A stretch of DNA of 64,000 nucleotides from an uncultured Bacteroidota bacterium (GTDB lineage Bacteria > Bacteroidota > Bacteroidia > Flavobacteriales > BACL11): contig CACIJW010000006.1 in the NCBI GenBank assembly GCA_902587125.1, positions 4,529-68,528 on the forward strand, in the 5' to 3' direction. The position numbers and the translations under genes are program-made. Every line of letters begins with the position of its first letter. The first letter of the stretch is position 1. The notes beneath the pieces are model-generated. The model was not told the origin of the DNA and made no database searches. It saw only the letters and a list, made by a program, of their open reading frames with translations. Below are positions 50,658-58,756 of this stretch, one piece after another.

Positions 50658-53600
50658 TTAAAAATCTATACTAATTCCAGCTCTCCACATTCTTGGTAAA
50701 CTATAATTTGAAGGATTATTTACAGCCAAAGAGTAAAGATATCTGAAAGAATCAGGATCGTTTTTTGAGTTTATTGAATTTTGTGCTGCTGCATCAGTCA
50801 AATATCCATCGTCGTCTGGGTTTCCGGTAGCTCTATATACACTGATAACATTTTTTGCATCAAGTAAATTTTGAACTTGAACATAAACATTAAGATTTGA
50901 TTTCTTCTTGTCAGTCCAATTAATAACAAAGTTTTTATTTAATTTCATACTCAATCTAAACTGCCACGGTAATCTTGATCCATTTAAACTTCCTTCTAGA
51001 GTAGAGCGATCATTTATTCCGGATGCAGCTTCTTGTGTAATATTAGATTGTTTTGAATATGGTGTTCCAGAACCAGCTGTCATAATAATGTTAGCTCCTG
51101 CATCTTGTAAAATTTTCCTGCCGAATAAAATTGGACCATTATATTTCTTGCCTGTTCCATAGCTGTAATCAACAGAAGCCATTAATGAATGTCTCTGATC
51201 AAAGCTAAGAGGAATAGTTGTTCTCAAATTTGGCTGTCCAGTATTTACTAAACTTTGCCCTGAAGTTGCAGATGATCCAGTACCATCAGCAAATTGTAAT
51301 GTGTAATTTGCAGTCATACTGACGTTGCTGGTTCTTCTCAAGTCATAATTAATTGACATTCCTTTAACCGTTCCAAAATCAATATTTCCATAAGTAAGAT
51401 ATTGAGCTGGATATGCTCCAAGAGTATTAATTACCTGTATCATATCTCTCATTTCTTTGTAGAAAGCTGATATTTTCAAAGCTGAACTCAGAGATAATGT
51501 CTTTGCAAAACCAAGCTCATAATCTATTGTCTTCTCAGGCTTTAAATCTGGATTATTTAGTAAAGCTCCAACCTTATCAGCCATGAACAGATAATCAACT
51601 GGCTCTAATCGATTATTACTTGGTGGTCTTTGTGTCAAAACATCGTAATGAGCAAAAAATTGAGCTTCATCAGATATTGGGAATGAGAAAGCTATTCTAG
51701 GCATGAAAACAATCTCCGGCTCATAATCTTTGAAAGATTCACTTACACTTATATCATTATTTAATGCATTTTGATCTTGCAAATACGGTGCAATTTTACC
51801 TCCTGCTGCATCTGCTAATATTGTTGGATCTGAAATTTGTAATCCTTCGGCATTATACCAGGTTTCTCCATTTCTATATCCAACTGCAGTAGGTGAATTT
51901 GAAGAAAAGTCATCGACATAAACTACATAATCATTGCCAATTGTTGATGGTAATCCTCCTGCTCTATCGGCGGCTTCGCTCCCCTGAATAGTACCTGCTG
52001 TATAAGTTGGATATAATACATACCTGTCTTTCAAGACTTGCTGATTAGCATCATACCGATCAACTCTTAATCCAATGTTAAATATTAAATCTTCTACAGC
52101 AAACTTATCTTGAATATATCCAGCCATGTATACAGGCTCAAAAGGGGCTATTTCTCTAGAGTAGCGAACATCATCAAATTGGTCTGTCTCGTCTCCAGTA
52201 AAGAAATCTTGAAGTGACGGTTTATTGTCTAACTTGTTTCCATAAATATCGAAACCATAATAATACACAAGATTACTTCCATTGTTTAATAACTCGTCTT
52301 GGCTAAACATACTAATGTCAAAAGTACTTGGGTCATACGAATCTATGTCTATATACTCTAATCCGTCAATACTGATATTAAGAGCATCCCTCAAACTTTT
52401 ATCAAAGGTTGAATGAATTTCAGAGTTATAAAGTCTATTATAGTTGATTGTATCATTGAAAATACCGTTTTGATTAAATCCAGGTATTGGATTACTTAAG
52501 TCTCTTTCAAGAATGTGATTATTAGCTAACTGCCTACCCAATGTCCATAGTGATCTTGGACTTGAACCCCAATAATAATCTTGTCTTTGCTCAAACTCAA
52601 ATCCAAATGAAACTTCATGAGAGCCTATATCTGCCGATCCTGAGGCTTTGAAGGTAGTTTGAGTATTTTCTTGCTTTGCTGCACCGTTGTAGTAATATCC
52701 ATGATTACCGAACAATGAGTAAACTGATGTTGGTAATTCACCATTAAGCAGACCTTGACCTTGCAAATCAGCAGCTGTTCTAATTATACCATCATTTGAA
52801 CTACCAACATATGATGATAATCCATAGTCCCTGAACATTCTGTAGTAAGCTGATGTGTAATTAACCAGATTAGTGTTGTAGTCTCCTGCACTGAAAGTCA
52901 TTAAAGTATCTTGCCATCCATTATGAACTTGAACATTATTCCACCAAACTGGATTACCATTAATTGTATCCAATACATCACCAGTATTATAAACTCTTGT
53001 TTTATACGTGTTAAATGTTCCAACATAGCCATATTTAAATAAATCAAATTGATGATCAGAATCTACAAATGTGTATTTGTTGTTGGTGTAGTCTCCTTGA
53101 ATTGTTATAAATGCATTTTTTACCGTCGAAGCACTATTTTCATCATTTGATTCTTCAGAGCCAAACTTTTGAGTTAACTTTCCAAATAATCTGAAAGTAT
53201 TTTGTGATGACTCTCTGTTATTGTCCCAGGCGAACATGGATCTCCAATAAGAAAAGTCTCTACTTTTTCTATAATAGTAGCTACCTCCCAAAGTTAAAAA
53301 AGTGTTGTTTGATGGTTTGAAATCTAATTTTCCAGACACATTCAGTCTTCTTTGATTTGTGTTTAGCTTGGCTTGAACATTTTCAAAGTCTGATTCACTC
53401 AAAAAGTCAGAGGTACTCAGAAAACCGGCTGCAGCATTGGGTGCTATCACAAACGGATTGTTTCTTAGGTTGTTTAAAACATTATCTTTTACTTTCCAAA
53501 CTCCAACTGCTGAGGGGTCTGTATCATCAACACTTCTAAGTTCTCCAGAGATAAAGTAACCTAGAATTGAGCTTCCTTTAGTTCCGTCTGAATTTCTTTT

Positions 53601-54374
53601 TTTTATTATCGGACCCGATAGAGCAAATCCTAAAAGATTGTAATCATATTCATCGAACAAGTCAGAGGATTCAAACTCTAATTGCCCAAAAAACTTATTG
53701 GAGGGACCTTTAGTTGTAACAGAAATAACACCACCTGTTGCATCACCATATTGTGCAGGGACACCACCAGTTACAACTTTAATTTGTTCAATTCCAGATG
53801 TTGGAACACCAAGAGCTCCCCTAACCTTAATTCCATCTATGTAATACTCTGTGGCATCGGAACGAGATCCCCTTATGTTTACAGCATCACCTTCATCTCT
53901 TTGATAAATTCCTGCAGTTGTTGCAGCTACTGAAGCCACAGACCTTGTTGGCAATGCGACAATTTCTTCGGAGGTTTTAGTTTCTCCAGATAAATTTCCT
54001 TGGTCAATTAAAGGCTTTGTCCATACGACAACCTCGGCGACTTCTAACTGTATTCCTTCTTGTAATTTAATATCAACGAATCTAATTTGATCAGCTGAAA
54101 TAACAACTCCGGTAATTTCTTTTGTTTGATAACCAACAAACGTTGCTTTTATGTTATAAGTACCAGGGTCTATTGGTTTAATAGTATATTTTCCATCAAA
54201 ATCAGTAGTTGTTCCAGCAGATTGATTTCCATTTTTTGTCAAAACGACGTTTGCAAATGGTATTGGTTCATTGGTCATGGCATCTATAATTGTACCTTGT
54301 AACGTACCTGTTTGAGCAAAGGATAAAGTACTATATAAAACAAAAGCTAAATACAAAAGAGTCTTTCTAAGCAT
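50658..54374 (-). CDS. Large TonB-dependent-type transporter (Oar-like) with carboxypeptidase-regulatory-like N-domain
   Basis: TTTDFDGKY...PGTY; plug NIRGSR..YYIDG...TGGVPAQYGDATGGVI; PRIAFSFPI; NPDLKPEKT; terminal Phe. Confidence 0.9.
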   Translation of the reverse strand: MLRKTLLYLAFVLYSTLSFAQTGTLQGTIIDAMTNEPIPFANVVLTKNGNQSAGTTTDFDGKYTIKPIDPGTYNIKATFVGYQTKEITGVVISADQIRFVDIKLQEGIQLEVAEVVVWTKPLIDQGNLSGETKTSEEIVALPTRSVASVAATTAGIYQRDEGDAVNIRGSRSDATEYYIDGIKVRGALGVPTSGIEQIKVVTGGVPAQYGDATGGVISVTTKGPSNKFFGQLEFESSDLFDEYDYNLLGFALSGPIIKKRNSDGTKGSSILGYFISGELRSVDDTDPSAVGVWKVKDNVLNNLRNNPFVIAPNAAAGFLSTSDFLSESDFENVQAKLNTNQRRLNVSGKLDFKPSNNTFLTLGGSYYYRKSRDFSYWRSMFAWDNNRESSQNTFRLFGKLTQKFGSEESNDENSASTVKNAFITIQGDYTNNKYTFVDSDHQFDLFKYGYVGTFNTYKTRVYNTGDVLDTINGNPVWWNNVQVHNGWQDTLMTFSAGDYNTNLVNYTSAYYRMFRDYGLSSYVGSSNDGIIRTAADLQGQGLLNGELPTSVYSLFGNHGYYYNGAAKQENTQTTFKASGSADIGSHEVSFGFEFEQRQDYYWGSSPRSLWTLGRQLANNHILERDLSNPIPGFNQNGIFNDTINYNRLYNSEIHSTFDKSLRDALNISIDGLEYIDIDSYDPSTFDISMFSQDELLNNGSNLVYYYGFDIYGNKLDNKPSLQDFFTGDETDQFDDVRYSREIAPFEPVYMAGYIQDKFAVEDLIFNIGLRVDRYDANQQVLKDRYVLYPTYTAGTIQGSEAADRAGGLPSTIGNDYVVYVDDFSSNSPTAVGYRNGETWYNAEGLQISDPTILADAAGGKIAPYLQDQNALNNDISVSESFKDYEPEIVFMPRIAFSFPISDEAQFFAHYDVLTQRPPSNNRLEPVDYLFMADKVGALLNNPDLKPEKTIDYELGFAKTLSLSSALKISAFYKEMRDMIQVINTLGAYPAQYLTYGNIDFGTVKGMSINYDLRRTSNVSMTANYTLQFADGTGSSATSGQSLVNTGQPNLRTTIPLSFDQRHSLMASVDYSYGTGKKYNGPILFGRKILQDAGANIIMTAGSGTPYSKQSNITQEAASGINDRSTLEGSLNGSRLPWQFRLSMKLNKNFVINWTDKKKSNLNVYVQVQNLLDAKNVISVYRATGNPDDDGYLTDAAAQNSINSKNDPDSFRYLYSLAVNNPSNYSLPRMWRAGISIDF

Positions 54375-54467
54375 ATATTGTCATTTCTATTTGTAAATCT
54401 TTTAGAAATGTAAATATATAAATTCTTAATATAGATTTGATTAATTTTTAATTCTTTTGTAAAATAG

Positions 54468-54881
54468 ATGAGATATAGTTTACACATTATTTTTTTGATT
54501 TTTTTTATCTCATGTGGAGAAAGAAACAATTATATTCCTGACGTCTTTATAAATCATGAGATTGACTTAAATTCTCCAGAAAATATTTCTTTAAGCGCAC
54601 TTGGTGGTAGTTTAATTATAGAAAATCATGGCTACAATGGCCTAATTATCTACAGATTTTCAAATTATGAATATCATGCATATGATAAAAGTTGTACATA
54701 TGAGCCATTGACGTCTTGTGCAGAAATAGACTCAATAAATTCATCGCTAGCTATTTGTAGCTGTTGTAACTCAGTTTTTTTACTAGACCAAGACGGGTCT
54801 GTCGCAAATGGCCCTGCAATTTTACCTTTAAAAAAATACTCAACATTTTTAGAAGGTAATATGCTGTTTATATCAAATTAA
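54468..54881 (+). CDS. Rieske-like fold lipoprotein lacking His ligands
   Basis: Lipobox FFISC; AYDKSCTY...[14 protein letters not shown]...GPA..PLKKY. Confidence 0.7.
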   Translation: MRYSLHIIFLIFFISCGERNNYIPDVFINHEIDLNSPENISLSALGGSLIIENHGYNGLIIYRFSNYEYHAYDKSCTYEPLTSCAEIDSINSSLAICSCCNSVFLLDQDGSVANGPAILPLKKYSTFLEGNMLFISN

Positions 54882-56173
54882 TAACGATAATACTCAGGCT
54901 TATATGGTCCGTTAACATCAACGCCAATATAATCTGCTTGATCTTGTCTTAAAACATCTAATTCTGCTCCAATTTTCTTTAGATGAAGTCTTGCAACTTT
55001 TTCGTCTAATTGCTTTGGCAACATATAAACCTTATTTTCATAATTTTTATGATTTTTCCAAAGCTCAATCTGAGCAAGAACTTGATTTGTAAACGAATTT
55101 GACATTACAAATGAAGGGTGACCAGTTGCACATCCAAGATTGACCAATCTACCTTCAGCTAATAATATTATATCATTTCCGTTCACATTATACAAATCGA
55201 CCTGTGGTTTGATTTCTTGCTTTGTATCACCCCACTTTTTATTCAACCAACTAACGTCAATTTCGTTATCAAAATGACCAATATTACAAACAATTGTTTT
55301 GTCTTTCATGATTTCAAAGTGGTGAGATTGAATAATATCCTTGTTACCTGTTGTTGTTACAACTATATCTGACTCAGGAATTGCATCAACCATTTTCATA
55401 ACTTTGTAACCGTCCATAGCGGCTTGAAGTGCACAAATAGGATCAATTTCAGTGACAATTACTCTGGCACCAGCACCTCTTAGTGATGCAGCTGATCCTT
55501 TTCCAACATCTCCGTACCCGGCAACAACAGCAACCTTTCCTGCCATCATTGTATCTGTAGCTCTTCTAATTGCATCAACTAATGATTCTTTGCAGCCATA
55601 TTTATTATCAAATTTTGATTTTGTTACTGAATCGTTAACATTTATTGCTGGAAGCGTTAAAGTTCCTTTTTCAACGCGCTCATACAATCTATGAACACCT
55701 GTAGTTGTTTCTTCTGATAATCCTTTAATGCCTTTTACTAAATTAGGATATTTGTCTAAAACCATATTAGTTAAATCTCCACCATCATCAAGAATCATAT
55801 TTAACGGTTTGCTGTCTTTGAATGCAGTCAAAGTTTGTTCAATGCACCAGTCAAATTCTTCTTCATTCATTCCTTTCCAAGCAAAAACTGGAATACCTTC
55901 TTTTGCTATCGCTGCAGCGGCTTGATCTTGGGTTGAAAAAATATTGCAAGAAGACCAGGTAACTTCAGCTCCAAGTTCAACAAGTGTTTCTATTAAAACA
56001 GCTGTTTGTATGGTCATATGTAAACAACCTGCAATTCTTGCTCCGGCTAAAGGTTTTTGATTTGAATATTCTTCTCTTAGTGACATCAAACCTGGCATTT
56101 CAGCTTCAGCTAATCTTATTTCTTTTCTTCCCCATGAGGCTAATGATATGTCTTTTACTTTATAATTGTTCAT
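54878..56173 (-). CDS. ahcY: S-adenosylhomocysteine hydrolase
   Basis: [37 protein letters not shown] and YYRY motifs. Start moved to MNNYKVKD, behind TATTTTTG (56192-56199, minus). Confidence 0.98.
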   Translation of the reverse strand: MNNYKVKDISLASWGRKEIRLAEAEMPGLMSLREEYSNQKPLAGARIAGCLHMTIQTAVLIETLVELGAEVTWSSCNIFSTQDQAAAAIAKEGIPVFAWKGMNEEEFDWCIEQTLTAFKDSKPLNMILDDGGDLTNMVLDKYPNLVKGIKGLSEETTTGVHRLYERVEKGTLTLPAINVNDSVTKSKFDNKYGCKESLVDAIRRATDTMMAGKVAVVAGYGDVGKGSAASLRGAGARVIVTEIDPICALQAAMDGYKVMKMVDAIPESDIVVTTTGNKDIIQSHHFEIMKDKTIVCNIGHFDNEIDVSWLNKKWGDTKQEIKPQVDLYNVNGNDIILLAEGRLVNLGCATGHPSFVMSNSFTNQVLAQIELWKNHKNYENKVYMLPKQLDEKVARLHLKKIGAELDVLRQDQADYIGVDVNGPYKPEYYRY

Positions 56174-56223
56174 GTGTTTTAAAATTGGACGCAAAAATAC
56201 TCATATTTATTATATTAGCAACA

Positions 56224-56796
56224 ATGCCTTTTCTAAAAACAATAATTGATGATAATTCAAAAATTGGATTATGGGAAATTAATGAATCTATGCCTAAAAT
56301 AAACGAAATTGCAGAAAAATTAGATGAACAAATCCCAAAAAATTTTACAAGCTCAAAAAGAAAGAAAGAATGGGTTTGCACAAGGGCTTTACTGAAAGAA
56401 ATTTCAGAACAATCAAAGATTTTTTATGATTCATCTGGCTCTCCTAAAATTGATGAAAATTTTATTTCAATTTCGCACAGCAAAAATCTAGTGGCTATAA
56501 TATTATCTGACAAAAACTGTGCAATTGATATTGAGGAAATAAGTGTAAAATCAAAAGTTCTACTAAGTAAATTTTCAAACAAACAGAATCTAAACATGAA
56601 AGAATCGACAATAGTATGGTCTGCAAAGGAATGTATTTTTAAATTACATAAAACGAAAAAAATTAGCTTTAAAAATGATATAACTATAGAAACCAAAAAT
56701 ATACAGAAAAATAATAAAGTGTTTGCTATGTATAACAATCATAGATACACTTTAAAAATCTTTACTTTTAAAAAACACATTATAGTATATTTGTAA
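56224..56796 (+). CDS. 4'-phosphopantetheinyl transferase superfamily protein (Sfp-like)
   Basis: Start moved to MPFLKT; G.P, SISHS, AIDIE and WSAKE..FK motifs. Confidence 0.85.
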   Translation: MPFLKTIIDDNSKIGLWEINESMPKINEIAEKLDEQIPKNFTSSKRKKEWVCTRALLKEISEQSKIFYDSSGSPKIDENFISISHSKNLVAIILSDKNCAIDIEEISVKSKVLLSKFSNKQNLNMKESTIVWSAKECIFKLHKTKKISFKNDITIETKNIQKNNKVFAMYNNHRYTLKIFTFKKHIIVYL

Positions 56797-56799
56797 TAT

Positions 56800-57531
56800 A
56801 TGAAAATAATTGAGCAAATAAGAAATTCCAAAAAAAACAATAAAAAAATTATATCTATACTAATTGATCCCGATAAAACCACAGAAGATAAACTTACCTC
56901 AACAATAAAATTATGTAATTCAAATAAAATAGACTTGATTTTTTTTGGAGGAAGCTTAATTAACTCAACAACATCTGAACATTATCTTCGCCTAATCAAA
57001 AAAAATAGTAAAATACCTGTTGTTTTATTTCCCGGGACCAATACCAAAATTAGCAATATAGCTGATGGATTTCTTCTTCTTTCCCTAATCTCAGGACGAA
57101 ATCCGAATTTTTTGATTGGAAAACATGTTGAACAAGCTTTCAAACTAAAAAATTCATCTTTAGAACTAATATCTACAGGATACATACTGGTTGGAAATGA
57201 AAAAAATACTGCTGTTTCTTACATTAGTAACACTAGTCCAATTCCTTCTGAACAGCATGATATTGGAGTTGCAACTGCAATAGCAGGAGAGTTACTGGGG
57301 TTTCAATTAATTTATTTAGAAGCGGGAAGTGGATCAAAGAACTGCGTAAATGAAAATATGATTCTTAATGTTTCAAAAAATATTGATTGCCCCTTAATTG
57401 TTGGTGGCGGGTTAAATACTATTGAAAAAATAGAAATCGCATTTGAAAACGGAGCTGACATAGTAGTTATTGGAAACGCAGTTGAGAAAAATCAAAAAAT
57501 TTTAAATCAAATCGGAAAAATTAAAAAATAG
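56800..57531 (+). CDS. Geranylgeranylglyceryl/heptaprenylglyceryl phosphate synthase (group II GGGPS)
   Basis: LIDPDK, GGS, LFPG, SLISGRNP, YLEAGSG, IVGGG and VVIGN motifs. Confidence 0.92.
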   Translation: MKIIEQIRNSKKNNKKIISILIDPDKTTEDKLTSTIKLCNSNKIDLIFFGGSLINSTTSEHYLRLIKKNSKIPVVLFPGTNTKISNIADGFLLLSLISGRNPNFLIGKHVEQAFKLKNSSLELISTGYILVGNEKNTAVSYISNTSPIPSEQHDIGVATAIAGELLGFQLIYLEAGSGSKNCVNENMILNVSKNIDCPLIVGGGLNTIEKIEIAFENGADIVVIGNAVEKNQKILNQIGKIKK

Positions 57532-58118
57532 TGATAGAGCAAATTGAATTGATTGCAGTGACTCTAAGTATCATTTACGTGATACTGGCAAGTAGAGAAA
57601 ATCATAACTGTTGGTATTTTGGAATTCTAAGTGTATCTATCTACATTTACATATGTCTTGATGCATTATTATACGCTGAAACCTTATTGCAAATTGTTTA
57701 TCTGTTTTTATCATTTTATGGGCTGTATAATTGGAAAAAAAAATCTATTGTCAATGAACCACTAGAAAATACTAAAGTTCTCAAATTAAAAATTTCTGAG
57801 TGGCCTTTAAAAAAACACTTCACATATATTTCAATTTTTACAATATTGAGTTTTTCAATTGGCATATTACTCAATTCTTTCACAAAATCTGAGCTTCCAT
57901 TTATTGATGCATTTACAACATCCTTTAGCTTACTAGCAACTTACATGACAGTAAAAAAGGTTTTAGAAAATTGGCTATATTGGATTATAATTGATCTAAC
58001 ATCTGTATTTTTATACCATGAAAGAGATCTTCATTTGACAGCTTTTCTTTTTATTGTTTACACTGTCATTGCAACCTTCGCTTACTTCAACTGGAAGAGT
58101 AAATCATCTAATGCCTAG
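57531..58118 (+). CDS. pnuC: PnuC-family vitamin transporter
   Basis: Multi-TM protein; YGLYNW, PFIDAFTT and LENWLYWIIID (WxxWxxxD) motifs. Confidence 0.9.
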   Translation: MIEQIELIAVTLSIIYVILASRENHNCWYFGILSVSIYIYICLDALLYAETLLQIVYLFLSFYGLYNWKKKSIVNEPLENTKVLKLKISEWPLKKHFTYISIFTILSFSIGILLNSFTKSELPFIDAFTTSFSLLATYMTVKKVLENWLYWIIIDLTSVFLYHERDLHLTAFLFIVYTVIATFAYFNWKSKSSNA

Positions 58119-58632
58119 AAAGCTAATTTTAGTTGGTCCTGAGAGCACTGGAAAAACAACATTGTCTAACTATCTTGCAAAGCTTTATAATTTTGATTTA
58201 ATTACAGAATATTCTAGAATATACCTATCAAAAAAAAGAAACTATTACGTCTATGAAGACTTAAAAAAAATTGCTATTAAACAAAATCAAATTGAGAAAA
58301 ATAACAGCTCTGAAAAAATTATTATGGATACCGACCTTCTTACAATAAAAATATGGAGTGAGTTCAAGTATGGTTCATGCGATCCTGAAATTGAAAAAAT
58401 AATTTCAAGTTATGACAGAAACAAAAGGTATTATTTATTGCTTAAAGATGATATTAAATGGGAATACGACCAATTGAGAGAGAGCAAGAACGACAGATCT
58501 GAAATTTTTTCGCTACATAAAAATCTTCTTCAAAAAAAAGGTTTTAGTTATAGTATAATTAGTGGCATCGCTGATAATAGAATTAATAACGCAATTAAAG
58601 TAGTTGAAGAAAGATTTTTATCTAAAAATTAA
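58111..58632 (+). CDS. NadR-type (AAA_28) P-loop kinase, stand-alone
   Basis: Start moved to MPRK; GPESTGKTTL, EYSRIY, DTDLL and W..D.LRE motifs. Confidence 0.85.
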   Translation: MPRKLILVGPESTGKTTLSNYLAKLYNFDLITEYSRIYLSKKRNYYVYEDLKKIAIKQNQIEKNNSSEKIIMDTDLLTIKIWSEFKYGSCDPEIEKIISSYDRNKRYYLLLKDDIKWEYDQLRESKNDRSEIFSLHKNLLQKKGFSYSIISGIADNRINNAIKVVEERFLSKN

Positions 58633-58633
58633 T

Positions 58634-58641
58634 TAATTTTG
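58634..58641 (+). promoter_or_regulatory. Bacteroidota -7 promoter element for the riboswitch leader
   Basis: TAATTTTG lies 3 nt before riboswitch P1. Confidence 0.6.
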
Positions 58642-58644
58642 AAA

Positions 58645-58718
58645 TGTTATTGGGGTGCCATTGTGCTGAGATTATACCCATTGAACCTGACATGGTAATT
58701 CATGTAAGGAAAATGACA
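58645..58718 (+). ncRNA. TPP (THI-box) riboswitch, variant form
   Basis: P1 TGTTATT/AATGACA; GGGGTGC...GCTGAGA...ATACCC..TGAACCTGA; P5 CATG/CATG with GTAATT loop; ends AGGAA. Confidence 0.85.
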
Positions 58719-58756
58719 AAATCAACTCCCCTATTTATTTTTTAAATTAGATATAC

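Noticed and set aside
45327-54374. Visibly higher GC than the flanks, suggesting a genomic island
   Set aside because: No integrase, flanking repeats or tRNA border, and it is coupled to greA by a 4-bp gap. The Gly/Asp/Pro-rich protein composition can explain it.
55984-56223. 80-aa N-terminal extension of the PPTase ORF
   Set aside because: It overlaps ahcY on the opposite strand; the likely start is ATG 56224.
56174-56223. Possible SAH/SAM riboswitch before ahcY
   Set aside because: The spacer is only about 50 bp, AT-rich, holds the promoter motif and shows no aptamer consensus.
58719-58756. Expression platform (terminator) after the riboswitch
   Set aside because: ACTCCCC could pair weakly with the GGGG of P2 and a T-rich run follows, but I could not build a convincing terminator stem by eye.
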